DNA of 46,533 bases, taken from the IMG/VR virus record IMGVR_UViG_3300045988_175774. One strand, written 5' to 3'. A program made the position numbers and the translations under genes. Source of the DNA: a virus. A model generated the notes under the pieces. That model did no database searches and was not told the origin of the DNA. It was given only the letters and a program-made list of their open reading frames with translations. Positions within the stretch are counted from its first letter, which is position 1. The number at the start of each line of letters is the position of its first letter. Positions 16,485 through 26,210 of the stretch are shown here, one piece after another.

Positions 16485-17240
16485 TCAAGCAAGGCTCCGA
16501 AAGGCGTCTAAATTAGATCCATTAGGGATAGCAAAAATTATTTTTTTAAAAATATAATTATTAGATAATTTCATAAATATCTTTTTAACTTCATTAGGAT
16601 CTTGACCAAAAGCTCCGCATCCAAAAGCTCCTAAGATTAGAACATCAACTTTATTTTTCGCCGCAATGTCTAAAATAAAAGAAATTCTTTCTTTTAAAGC
16701 CTTAGTATTTTCTTCATCTGTTATCCCATTACGCTTAGCTTCTTTTTTATTCGGGGCTGCACAAGTGATAATATCACAATTATAAAAATCCTCAAAAAGA
16801 ACATTTGGACTATAAATTGCTCGATTCCAATATAAACCGCGATTTATTAAGTTTTTATTTTCTCCATAAAAATCTTCTCTTTGTCGTTGCAAAATATTAT
16901 AAAGAATAGATTTATGACATAAACTTTCTTCTTGAGTACTACTTCCTTTTAAAAAACCTCCGCCAGGATATTTAAAAGATGCAAAATTAAGTGCGGCAAT
17001 CTTACTATTAGGAAACTCAGATACAGCTTTTTTAATAGCATTAACAGTATCAGTTTCCCATATTTCTAAATAATTAAGATTTTTTTCATTTGTTTTATTT
17101 GTTTTATTTACAATAGAACCTGGTACGAAACCACTATAATATTTAGTCCTTGCATTACACCATGCGATTTTATCTGAATATTCTTTTTCCATTTTATAAA
17201 AATGATTTATGGCTTGAATAGCTCTTTCTTTTTTATTCAT
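16485..17240 (-). CDS. bacterial-type poly(ADP-ribose) glycohydrolase-like macrodomain (DUF2263 / TIGR02452 family)
   Basis: PARG signature GGG-X7-QEE (PGGGFLKGSSTQEES) plus the macrodomain diphosphate loop VLILGAFGCGAFGQDP. Confidence 0.7.
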   Translation of the reverse strand: MNKKERAIQAINHFYKMEKEYSDKIAWCNARTKYYSGFVPGSIVNKTNKTNEKNLNYLEIWETDTVNAIKKAVSEFPNSKIAALNFASFKYPGGGFLKGSSTQEESLCHKSILYNILQRQREDFYGENKNLINRGLYWNRAIYSPNVLFEDFYNCDIITCAAPNKKEAKRNGITDEENTKALKERISFILDIAAKNKVDVLILGAFGCGAFGQDPNEVKKIFMKLSNNYIFKKIIFAIPNGSNLDAFRSLA

Positions 17241-17260
17241 CTATTAACATCCTCGTTTTA

Positions 17261-17470
17261 TTAAAACATCGCGTTTGCCTGTTCATAATATTTTAATTCT
17301 TGAATCCAAGCGATTGGAATCACCATTTCCGCTTTAGCATATCTTTCCATAGCATCCATGATCTCATGTCTCCTAGTATTGATTATTTCTAATCTGAAAG
17401 TTTCACGCGGAACTAATCCTGCAACTGCAACTGTTTTCTTTGTTTCGTTATTTATAGTTATATTACTCAT
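17261..17470 (-). CDS. small hypothetical protein (69 aa)
   Basis: ORF lying between the PARG-like gene and the SLOG-like gene. Confidence 0.45.
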   Translation of the reverse strand: MSNITINNETKKTVAVAGLVPRETFRLEIINTRRHEIMDAMERYAKAEMVIPIAWIQELKYYEQANAMF

Positions 17471-17471
17471 A

Positions 17472-17819
17472 TTATTTTCCTCCTATTTTAATTACTTTAC
17501 CATGCTTTCCATTCATTTTCATTTTCATAATAATTTTTCTAATTATTGCATCTTTTCCGTCATAAAAAAATATACCAAAATCAATATTTTCTACCATTTT
17601 CTGAATTAATTTATCTATGTTGCGATCAAATACATATTCAATAGGAGCACCATTATTTTCTGCCCATATTTTTCCAATAGACTCCGAGAGCTTCTTCTCC
17701 GTATTCCCGCAAACAACAGTAAATAAATAACATTGCGTTTCGCAGATAAAATCTTCCATAGTTGCGGAGACTAGGCGATTATCTGCGAAACCGCGACTTC
17801 CAAGAATACTAATTCTCAT
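17472..17819 (-). CDS. SLOG-superfamily (DUF2493/YpsA-like) nucleotide-binding Rossmann-like protein
   Basis: N-terminal MRISILGSRGF, then ..VVCGN..G.D..IG.WA..NG.P.. spacing, consistent with DUF2493 phage proteins. Confidence 0.5.
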   Translation of the reverse strand: MRISILGSRGFADNRLVSATMEDFICETQCYLFTVVCGNTEKKLSESIGKIWAENNGAPIEYVFDRNIDKLIQKMVENIDFGIFFYDGKDAIIRKIIMKMKMNGKHGKVIKIGGK

Positions 17820-17900
17820 TTCTTTTTCCTCTTGTTTTATTTATAAAATAATTATAACAAAATTTTTTTAAAAAATCCAATTAAAGTGCTTTAATCAAAT

Positions 17901-17929
17901 TTGACAAAAAAATTTTTTTGTGGTATAAT
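17901..17929 (+). promoter_or_regulatory. consensus promoter TTGACA-N17-TGgTATAAT at the start of the plus-strand structural arm
   Basis: ttgaca at 17901-06 and tataat at 17924-29. Confidence 0.65.
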
Positions 17930-17956
17930 ATAATTGTAAACTAGAAAGGAGAAATT

Positions 17957-19117
17957 ATGACACCAATAACATTAGAAGATGAAGCTTTTGAGGAAAATAT
18001 TTTAAAAGAAGAAAAAAAAATAACAGAAAAACAAATCGAAGAAGAAAATATACAAACTACTATTAAACTAGATTATTCTTTAGAGACTCCTGAAGAGCGG
18101 AATGAATTAGTTAAAAAAATTATAGATAACACTCCTTCTGAGCAATTAACACCTAAATATTTAGAAATATTATCAGATTACATTATTTTTGCTATGGATA
18201 AGCAAGAGCGAAAACAGAAACAAATATTAACTGATAATCATATGGTTACAGTCAATAAAAGAGAAACTTCTTTTGAAGGATTAGTTGGTCGCTTAGAGAA
18301 TGGCGAAGATGGCATTTATAATATGATTGCTAATGATAAGAATATTATTTTTACACCTAAATTTCAAATAACTCAACAGGATATTGCGGAAATCCCTGAG
18401 TTAAAGCAACTTGTAGACGCGATTGCGGAAGTTGAAAAAGCTGAGAAAAAAGCAGTTGGTAAAAAGAAATTTTTATTAAAAAAGCAACTTATTGCTATGA
18501 GACAAGATCAATATGTAATTAGAAGTGCATACAAGCCACCAATTTATTGTATGAACGCAATTAAAAGTTTTAGCAAAATTGATTTTGATGAAAATGTTTC
18601 TATTAGCGGAAATGATGAAATTGAAGATAATAGCTTAGTTTCTTTTTTTAATCCTAAGCACATATCTGCATTATTATGTAACTATTCCCGCCTAAAAGAA
18701 GATGCATGGGGAAAATTCTACAGTGATTCATATTTTTTAATGGAGGATTTAGATACATTAATAGAGAAGACTCTAAGAGATAGTTATCCAATGTATTATG
18801 ACCTCTTGATTTATAAAATAGACGGAAAACAAAATCTTGAAATTCAGAGTCTGTTGAATCAAAAACACAATGTAAAACATTCAGTGGAATATATATCATC
18901 TTTATGGCGGAATAAAATACCTAAGCTATTGTCAGAGCAAGCTCAGGAAGACTATTTAATTTGGTATTATACAACTCAGAAAAAAGGAAAATGGAAAAAA
19001 TGTTCCCGTTGTGGGGAAATCAAATTAGCTCATAATAAATTTTTTTCAAAGAATAAGACAAGTAAAGATCATTTTTACAGTATATGTAAATGTTGTCGAA
19101 ATAAGAAAAATAAATAA
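17957..19117 (+). CDS. hypothetical protein with a C-terminal zinc ribbon
   Basis: RBS aaaggagaaatt; CSRCGEIK...CKCCR at the C-terminus. Confidence 0.75.
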   Translation: MTPITLEDEAFEENILKEEKKITEKQIEEENIQTTIKLDYSLETPEERNELVKKIIDNTPSEQLTPKYLEILSDYIIFAMDKQERKQKQILTDNHMVTVNKRETSFEGLVGRLENGEDGIYNMIANDKNIIFTPKFQITQQDIAEIPELKQLVDAIAEVEKAEKKAVGKKKFLLKKQLIAMRQDQYVIRSAYKPPIYCMNAIKSFSKIDFDENVSISGNDEIEDNSLVSFFNPKHISALLCNYSRLKEDAWGKFYSDSYFLMEDLDTLIEKTLRDSYPMYYDLLIYKIDGKQNLEIQSLLNQKHNVKHSVEYISSLWRNKIPKLLSEQAQEDYLIWYYTTQKKGKWKKCSRCGEIKLAHNKFFSKNKTSKDHFYSICKCCRNKKNK

Positions 19118-19129
19118 AGGAGGCTAATA

Positions 19130-20329
19130 ATGAATTATACTTGCAACAAATGCGGAAAGTCAATGGATGAAATAAATTTTTATACATATAAAAATGGTAA
19201 AAAAACAGAATTATGTAAAAAATGTTTAACTATGCATATAAATAATTTTGAACCTAATACTTTCCTATGGGCATTAGAAAAGATGGATGTTCCATATGTT
19301 CCAGAAGAATGGAATATTTTAAGGGATAAAGCCTATGCAAAAGACCCTTATAAAATGAATGGGATGTCGGTATTTGGAAAATATCTTTCTAAAATGCGGC
19401 TAAAGCAGTGGAAAGATTATAGTTGGGCAGATACAGAAAAGATCGCTCAAGAAAAAGAAAAAAAGACTCAAAAGGATCTTGAACAACAGAAAAAGTTTGA
19501 AGAAAGCATGAAGGAACAGCTTGAAAAAGGTGAAATTTCTGAAGCTGAATACAAAACGATGGTTTCTACCCCCACTCAAAACGCGGAATTGGCGGTAAAA
19601 GCTCCTAAGAATGAGATTGGAACTGACAATTTTTATGATGAAAATAATTTTATAAGCGAGGATGAATTAATTGATCCCGCCGCGGAATTAACTCAAGAAG
19701 ATAAGATTTACTTAGCTATGAAATGGGGACGTTTGTATAAACCAAATGAATGGGTTGAATTAGAGAAAAAATATGAAGAGATGACTAGTTCTTTTGATAT
19801 TCAAGACTCAGATACTACAGGAACTTTAATTCTTATTTGCAAAACTTATTTAAAGATGAATCAGGCGATCGATTGTGGTGACATGGATGGCTATCAGAAG
19901 TTGTCCAGAGTATATGATTCACTACGTAAATCCGCGAAATTCACAGCCGCACAAAATAAAGAAGTAAAAAGTGATTTTGTAGATTGTATTGGAGAGATGG
20001 TTGCCTATTGTGAAAAAAATGGCGGTCAGATTCCAAGGATGAAAATAGATGCACCAAATGATATAGTTGATAAAGTTATCATGGATTTAAAAGAGTATAC
20101 AAGATCATTAATCTATGATGATAAGTCTCTTGCTCAACAGATAGAAAATTATATTAAGCAGAGAGAAAATGCTGATGCAATGAAGAAAGATAGAGAAGAA
20201 GCTAAAGAAAAAGGCTATAATCAGATAGAAATAAAAGATAGAGATTATCAAGCTTATTTTGAAAATATTGCAAAAGAAAAAGAAGAAGATGAAAAAATTT
20301 ATATAGGAGAGGATGAAGGCTTTATATGA
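19130..20329 (+). CDS. zinc-ribbon / coiled-coil protein, positional candidate for the terminase small subunit
   Basis: RBS aaggagg; N-terminal CNKCGK..CKKC. Its stop overlaps the TerL start (ATGA), and it sits immediately upstream of the large terminase. Confidence 0.7.
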   Translation: MNYTCNKCGKSMDEINFYTYKNGKKTELCKKCLTMHINNFEPNTFLWALEKMDVPYVPEEWNILRDKAYAKDPYKMNGMSVFGKYLSKMRLKQWKDYSWADTEKIAQEKEKKTQKDLEQQKKFEESMKEQLEKGEISEAEYKTMVSTPTQNAELAVKAPKNEIGTDNFYDENNFISEDELIDPAAELTQEDKIYLAMKWGRLYKPNEWVELEKKYEEMTSSFDIQDSDTTGTLILICKTYLKMNQAIDCGDMDGYQKLSRVYDSLRKSAKFTAAQNKEVKSDFVDCIGEMVAYCEKNGGQIPRMKIDAPNDIVDKVIMDLKEYTRSLIYDDKSLAQQIENYIKQRENADAMKKDREEAKEKGYNQIEIKDRDYQAYFENIAKEKEEDEKIYIGEDEGFI

Positions 20330-22068
20330 GTTTAAAAGGTCTATTAGATTTATCTGAATCTAGAACCCTTAAGAAACAGGGCATGTCAGAAGAAAGACTA
20401 AAAGCTCAACTTCCTCATTTAAGAAAACTAATCGCTTATTATAGAGAATATCCAGACCTTTTGGTAGACTTTATGAAAGGTCCTGAGAGTACTTTTAAAT
20501 TCTTTTTTTATCAGAGAATATTCTTAAGGATTACGATGCGGCATAGGTATGTATATGCTACTTTTCCACGTGCGTATAGTAAATCATTCTTATCTATGAT
20601 GATTCTTATGTTAAGGTGTATTCTCTATCCTAATTCACATTTGTTTGTTACTACTGGTGGTAAAGAGCAGGCTGCCAGTATCACCATAGCGAAAATTGAA
20701 GAAATATGTAAGCTTATCCCCGCACTTAATAATGAGCTAGATTGGTCAAGGGGAGCTTCTAAAAAATCAAAAGATGATGTTAATTATATCTTTAAAAATG
20801 GTTCTTCTATTGATATATTAGCCGCTAAACAATCTTCTAGAGGCCAGCGTAGAACGGGTGGTTTAATGGAAGAATGTGTTCTTATAGATGGAGATATATT
20901 AAATGAAATAATAATTCCTACAACAAACGTTGATAGATTATTACCAGATGGAACTAGACATAAAGAAGAAATAATTAACAAGAGTCAAATATATATTACA
21001 ACAGCTGGGTGGAAGAATTCATTCGCGTATGACAAACTGACGGAACTTTTGGTTCAGTCTATGATTGAGCCTGATAAAGTTATGGTTATGGGTGGAACGT
21101 ATGAAACGCCTGTTGCGGAAGGGCTTTTAGATGAAGATTTTGTAGATCAGCTCAAATTACAAGGTACATTTAAAGAAGATTCTTTTGATAGGGAATATCG
21201 TTCTAAATGGAGCGGAGATGCAGAAAATGCATTTTATTCTTCTGAAAAGTTTGATAGGTATAGAGTGTTATCCCAACCAGAATACGAATATAGCGGAAGA
21301 AGTAGTAAATCAGCTTATTATGTTATAGGGGTGGACGTCGGACGTATAGGCTGCACAACTGAAGCTTGCATATTCAAAGTTACCCCTCAACCGCAAGGAA
21401 CGGCTTTAAAAAGTTTGGTTAATATCTATACTTATGAAGCAGAACATTTTGAGACTCAAGCAATTAATTTAAAAAAATTATTTTATAAATATAAAGCTAA
21501 AATTATCTCTATTGATGCGAATGGCTTGGGTATCGGGCTCATCGACTTCATGACAAGGGCGCAGATTGACCCCGAAACAGGAGATACTCTTCCGCCATTT
21601 GGAGTTGAGGGAGGAACATCAGAGGATGCTATTGCTCCTTACAGAAAAATTAAAGGCGGAGATGTGGAAGATAATGCTTTATATTTAATTAAAGCAAACG
21701 CACCAATTAACACTGAAGCTTATTCATACGCTCAGACTCAAATGTCTAGCGGAAAAATTAAATTTTTGAAAGATGAGTCTGAAGCTAAAGCTAAGCTAAT
21801 GTCATCAAAAGTTGGTCAGAATATGGATGCGGATAAAAGAAACGAATATCTAAAACCTTTTGTTTTAACAACAATTTTAAGAGAACAAATGCTAAATCTA
21901 GTTGAAGAAAATGAAGGAGTTAATATTATTTTAAAACAATCTTCAAGAGGTATAAAGAAAGATAAATTTTCTGCTTTTATATATGGATTATATTATATAA
22001 AGCAGGAAGAAGACCATAAGAAAAAGAGACGAAGTAGAAATATATCAGATTTTATGTTCTTTAGCTAA
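20326..22068 (+). CDS. terL: terminase large subunit
   Basis: Deviant Walker A PRAYSKS, a Walker B-like HLFVTTGG, and a C-terminal RNase-H-like nuclease motif VIGVDVGRIG. Size 580 aa and position are consistent. Confidence 0.85.
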   Translation: MSLKGLLDLSESRTLKKQGMSEERLKAQLPHLRKLIAYYREYPDLLVDFMKGPESTFKFFFYQRIFLRITMRHRYVYATFPRAYSKSFLSMMILMLRCILYPNSHLFVTTGGKEQAASITIAKIEEICKLIPALNNELDWSRGASKKSKDDVNYIFKNGSSIDILAAKQSSRGQRRTGGLMEECVLIDGDILNEIIIPTTNVDRLLPDGTRHKEEIINKSQIYITTAGWKNSFAYDKLTELLVQSMIEPDKVMVMGGTYETPVAEGLLDEDFVDQLKLQGTFKEDSFDREYRSKWSGDAENAFYSSEKFDRYRVLSQPEYEYSGRSSKSAYYVIGVDVGRIGCTTEACIFKVTPQPQGTALKSLVNIYTYEAEHFETQAINLKKLFYKYKAKIISIDANGLGIGLIDFMTRAQIDPETGDTLPPFGVEGGTSEDAIAPYRKIKGGDVEDNALYLIKANAPINTEAYSYAQTQMSSGKIKFLKDESEAKAKLMSSKVGQNMDADKRNEYLKPFVLTTILREQMLNLVEENEGVNIILKQSSRGIKKDKFSAFIYGLYYIKQEEDHKKKRRSRNISDFMFFS

Positions 22069-22141
22069 AACAAAATGGACAAATGTTTATAAAAAAGAAG
22101 AAATATTTTTAAAATACTATGAAAAAGAAGGGAGAGTTGCT

Positions 22142-22498
22142 ATGCGAGCAAGTAGAGGTGAAATAAAAATTGAAGAAATTCTTCAAGAGTCAGGTTTGAA
22201 TTTTAAAGAAGAGTATATTTTCTCTGACCTTGTAAGTTCTAGTGGTCGACCCCTCAGATTTGATTTTGCGATTTTAGATGATAATAACGAATTAGATTTT
22301 TTAATAGAATTTCAGGGAATCCAACATTATGAGCCAAAGAGTAAATTTGGCGGAATCTCTGGATTGCGGAAGCAGCAATATAATGATATGAAGAAGAGAG
22401 AATATTGTGCTAAGCACAATATTCCTCTTGTAATCATTCCTTATTGGGATGAAGGTAGACTTGATTATGATTATATTATGACTGCCGCAGGATATTAA
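22142..22498 (+). CDS. DUF559/Vsr-like PD-(D/E)xK endonuclease, possibly a homing-endonuclease-type insert
   Basis: RFDFAILDDNNELDFLIEFQGIQH motif; RBS gaagggagag; it lies between terL and portal. Confidence 0.55.
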   Translation: MRASRGEIKIEEILQESGLNFKEEYIFSDLVSSSGRPLRFDFAILDDNNELDFLIEFQGIQHYEPKSKFGGISGLRKQQYNDMKKREYCAKHNIPLVIIPYWDEGRLDYDYIMTAAGY

Positions 22499-22614
22499 AA
22501 TTTTTATTTTAATAAATTAGATAAAATTGTATTTTATGTTATACTATACTTAGAAAGGTTAAGGTGTATATCTTGATAAATAGAGTAGCAGAAATAAAGA
22601 AGAAGGGGTTCCAA

Positions 22615-24156
22615 ATGAGTATTAATGACTCCGCAGAAGATATATATACTCAATCTTTTAATGCAGTAGACTTTTCTAAAATCAAAGTTGGAATAAAAAC
22701 TTTAGATGATGCTATTGTAAACTTAGGAGAGCTAAAAAAAATTAATCCTAGGTTAGCTGATAAAAAAGAAGTTTTACGAGCTATTAATAATGGAGACTAT
22801 GAAACTATGAGAGATATATCTAATTTCTTTTATAAAACTAGTGGTATTTATAATAGACTTTGTAGATATATGGCATATTTATATAGATATGATTGGTTAA
22901 TTACTCCTTATATTAATTCAGATAATTTAAAGCCAGAAAAAGTATTAGATGGATTTAATAAAGCTTTAATGTATTTAGATAACTTTGAAGCTAAACGTTT
23001 TTTTGGGGAAGTTGCATTAAAAGTTATTAAGAATGGCTGTTATTATGGATATTTGATCCCCCAAAAAGATCGAATGGTAATACAAGAATTGCCGCCCAAA
23101 TATTGCCGTTCAAGATTTAGTGTTAATGGACGTCCTGCGGTAGAGTTTAATATGAGATTTTTTGATGAAGCATTTAGAGATACAACTCAAAAGATGAAAA
23201 TGCTAAATCTGTTTCCTGCGGAATTTAAGAAAGCTTATATTCTTTACAAAGAAGGAAAATTAAAAGCTGATTTTGCTGGAGATACATCTGGGTGGTATCT
23301 ATTAAACATTGATAACGTAATAAAATTTAACTTGAATGGAGATGATTTTCCAGCTTTTATTTCAGTCATTCCCGCGATTATAGATCTAGATGCTGCACAA
23401 GAGCTAGATAGAAAGAAAATGCAACAAAAACTATTAAAAATTATCATTCAGAAAATGCCTGTTGACAAAAATGGAGATTTGGTTTTTGATGTAGAAGAAG
23501 CTCAACAGTTACATAATAACGCTGTGAAAATGTTAGGAAAAGCGATTGGAATAGATGTTTTAACTACTTTTGCTGATGTTGAGGTCGCGGATATGGCTGA
23601 TAAGAGTTCCACTACTACTGTTGATGAATTGGAAAAAGTTGAGCGTGCAGTTTATAACGAAGCTGGAGTCTCTCAGATGCAATTTAATACAGATGGAAAT
23701 ATTGCCTTAGAAAAATCTATTTTGAATGACGAAGCTTCCATGTATAATTTATTAATTCAATTTGAAGGGTTTTTAAATACATTATTAAAGCCTTTTAATA
23801 AGAATCCAAAAAAAGTATACTATAAAGCACAGATTTTAACTACAACAATTTATAATTATAAAGAGATGGCTAAATTATATAAAGAACAGACTCAATTAGG
23901 TTATTCTAAGATGTTACCGCAAATAGCTCTAGGTCAATCTCAAAGTTCAATTTTAGCTAATGCTTATTTTGAAAATGATGTTTTAGATTTAGTAAATCTA
24001 TTTATTCCGCCTTTAATGTCTAGCACTATGAATGTAGAAGCATTAAACCAAGCAAAACCCGCGGAAGATGGAGAAGAAAAGAAAGCGGGCAGAAAAGAAA
24101 AAGCTGATGATGAGAAAAGTGAAAAAACTATGAAAAATATAGAATCTCAAGGTTGA
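22615..24156 (+). CDS. portal protein (positional and size-based)
   Basis: 514-530 aa directly after the terminase with an acidic C-terminus. ATG 22615 has RBS agaaggggt; the track start is GTG at 22564. Confidence 0.6.
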   Translation: MSINDSAEDIYTQSFNAVDFSKIKVGIKTLDDAIVNLGELKKINPRLADKKEVLRAINNGDYETMRDISNFFYKTSGIYNRLCRYMAYLYRYDWLITPYINSDNLKPEKVLDGFNKALMYLDNFEAKRFFGEVALKVIKNGCYYGYLIPQKDRMVIQELPPKYCRSRFSVNGRPAVEFNMRFFDEAFRDTTQKMKMLNLFPAEFKKAYILYKEGKLKADFAGDTSGWYLLNIDNVIKFNLNGDDFPAFISVIPAIIDLDAAQELDRKKMQQKLLKIIIQKMPVDKNGDLVFDVEEAQQLHNNAVKMLGKAIGIDVLTTFADVEVADMADKSSTTTVDELEKVERAVYNEAGVSQMQFNTDGNIALEKSILNDEASMYNLLIQFEGFLNTLLKPFNKNPKKVYYKAQILTTTIYNYKEMAKLYKEQTQLGYSKMLPQIALGQSQSSILANAYFENDVLDLVNLFIPPLMSSTMNVEALNQAKPAEDGEEKKAGRKEKADDEKSEKTMKNIESQG

Positions 24157-24175
24157 TTAAATTGGAGGTAGCTAA

Positions 24176-25600
24176 ATGTCAAGAATGAGTATAGCTACAA
24201 TAGATAGTCCAGAATTTATAAACGTTTCCCCATATAATCCTTTAATTTCAGAATGTGAAATTAAAGTTTTGTATTTGGGAGAAAATAGAAATCATAGCTA
24301 TATAAGTAAAGAAGTAGCTACAGAGATGGCTAATTCATTACCTGGATGTCCTATTGTAGGTTATTTTAAACAAGATGTAAAAGATTTTGGCGATCATGGG
24401 GATCAAGTGGTAATTGATGAAAATGGAATACATTTTAATTGTCTTACAAAGCCTTATGGATTTGTAGCTCCTAATGCTAAAATTTGGTTTCAAAAATTTG
24501 AGGATATAGACGATTTTGGAAATTCTATTATTAGAGAATATTTAATGACTACTGGATTTTTGTGGACAGGGCAGTTTGAAGAGGCTCAAGCTGTTGTTGA
24601 ACATGGAAAACCACATTCTATGGAATTAGATGAAGATTCTTTAAAAGGAGAATGGTCAAAAAATTATAAAACAGGTATAGACTTTTTTATTATAAATGAC
24701 GCAATATTTTCAAAATTATGCATTTTAGGAGACAAAGTTGAACCTTGTTTTGAGGGTTCGAACATAACAGCTCCATCTGTAAGTACATCGTTTACTAAAG
24801 TAGATGATAATTTTAAAAAGACTTTATATACTATGATGCATGAATTAAAAGATGCATTAGAAGGAGGACAAATGGCTTTAGAAAAAGATAATAAAAAAGT
24901 TTCTGATGAAAAGGACAAAAAAGAACAAAACTTTTCCGCAGAAAATCAAAATTCTACAGAGGGATTAAATCAAACTGATTTTGTAGCTTCTGATAAAGAT
25001 AAAAAAGAAAAAGAGGAAGCTAAAGAAAATCAGCCTAAAAATGATGAAACCACAAAGACAGAAGAAAATGATGAAGATAAGAAGAAAAACTTTGTAAAAA
25101 AAGAAGAGGATAAAACTGTTAAAGAAGAAAAAACTAATACAGAAGATTCTACTTCAAAGGAAGATAAAAAAGACGATAATAAAGCATCTTCTGATGATGA
25201 AGAAGAAAAGAAGAAGAATGATAAATATACTTTATTAGAAGCTCAATATCAAAATTTACAAAGTAAATACTCTGCATTAGAAGAGGATTTTCAATCATTA
25301 GTAGCTTTTAAAAATCAAATTGAAAATGAGAAAAAAGATGCTTTAATTAACAGTTTTTATATGCTTTCAGATGAGGATAAGAAAGATGTAGTTACAAATA
25401 AAGCTAAATATTCTTTAGATGATATTGAAGCAAAGTTATCTGTAATTTGTGTTAGAAAGAAAGTTAATTTTGATTTAGAAAATACCTCAAAAAATGAAAA
25501 AGATAATCCTGTTACAACTTTTAGCCTAGAAGAACAGGATAGTTCTATCCCAGCGTGGATAAATGCTTTAAAAAATACTCGAAACAGTAGAAATGATTAA
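24176..25600 (+). CDS. scaffold-like head assembly protein, possibly with an N-terminal protease-like domain
   Basis: Long D/E/K-rich low-complexity and coiled-coil C-terminal half (LLEAQYQNLQSKYSALEEDFQ); it sits between portal and capsid. Confidence 0.5.
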   Translation: MSRMSIATIDSPEFINVSPYNPLISECEIKVLYLGENRNHSYISKEVATEMANSLPGCPIVGYFKQDVKDFGDHGDQVVIDENGIHFNCLTKPYGFVAPNAKIWFQKFEDIDDFGNSIIREYLMTTGFLWTGQFEEAQAVVEHGKPHSMELDEDSLKGEWSKNYKTGIDFFIINDAIFSKLCILGDKVEPCFEGSNITAPSVSTSFTKVDDNFKKTLYTMMHELKDALEGGQMALEKDNKKVSDEKDKKEQNFSAENQNSTEGLNQTDFVASDKDKKEKEEAKENQPKNDETTKTEENDEDKKKNFVKKEEDKTVKEEKTNTEDSTSKEDKKDDNKASSDDEEEKKKNDKYTLLEAQYQNLQSKYSALEEDFQSLVAFKNQIENEKKDALINSFYMLSDEDKKDVVTNKAKYSLDDIEAKLSVICVRKKVNFDLENTSKNEKDNPVTTFSLEEQDSSIPAWINALKNTRNSRND

Positions 25601-25613
25601 GGAGGATATATAG

Positions 25614-26195
25614 ATGGCTACAACAATTAAAAGAATTGGTTTTGGTCAAGTTGAACCTAATCATTTGTCAGCTCAAAGAACTTCTCAGATTTACGCACAA
25701 TTACCAGCAAAATCTGATATTAGTATTCTTGAAAATGGTCAGTATGTAAAATATGACTATGCTAATGGAGAAGTTAATTTTACTGGCAAAGGTGAATGGA
25801 TGATGGTGTTCAACGAAGTAAAATTATACGATGATAAGTGGAGAGAGAGTTATAAAGATTTCGCTATGATTAAAGATAATTATACAGCGGGAAGCAATGA
25901 TATTACTCATGATGGCTTAGGTCCGTTTAAAGGTCAGATGGTTCCGCGTGTAATTAAAACAAATGTTGGAGATATTTATACTACTAATGCTGTTGGTGCT
26001 GCAAATACAAGCGGAAAAGCAGAGTATGCTGGTATTGCTCTTGAAGTAGGAGACTTTTTAAAAGTTAACACAACAGGCTTCTTAGTAAAAGATGAAACAG
26101 CAGAAGCTTCAACAGAAAGCATGCTATGGCAAGTAGTAAAAATTTATACTATGGCAGATGGACAACCAGCTGTTAAGGTAATGAGAGTTAAATAA
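25614..26195 (+). CDS. beta-rich head-associated protein (decoration or cement candidate)
   Basis: Strong RBS aaggagg; it immediately precedes the major capsid gene. Confidence 0.55.
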   Translation: MATTIKRIGFGQVEPNHLSAQRTSQIYAQLPAKSDISILENGQYVKYDYANGEVNFTGKGEWMMVFNEVKLYDDKWRESYKDFAMIKDNYTAGSNDITHDGLGPFKGQMVPRVIKTNVGDIYTTNAVGAANTSGKAEYAGIALEVGDFLKVNTTGFLVKDETAEASTESMLWQVVKIYTMADGQPAVKVMRVK

Positions 26196-26210
26196 GGAGG
26201 ATTATAAGAG

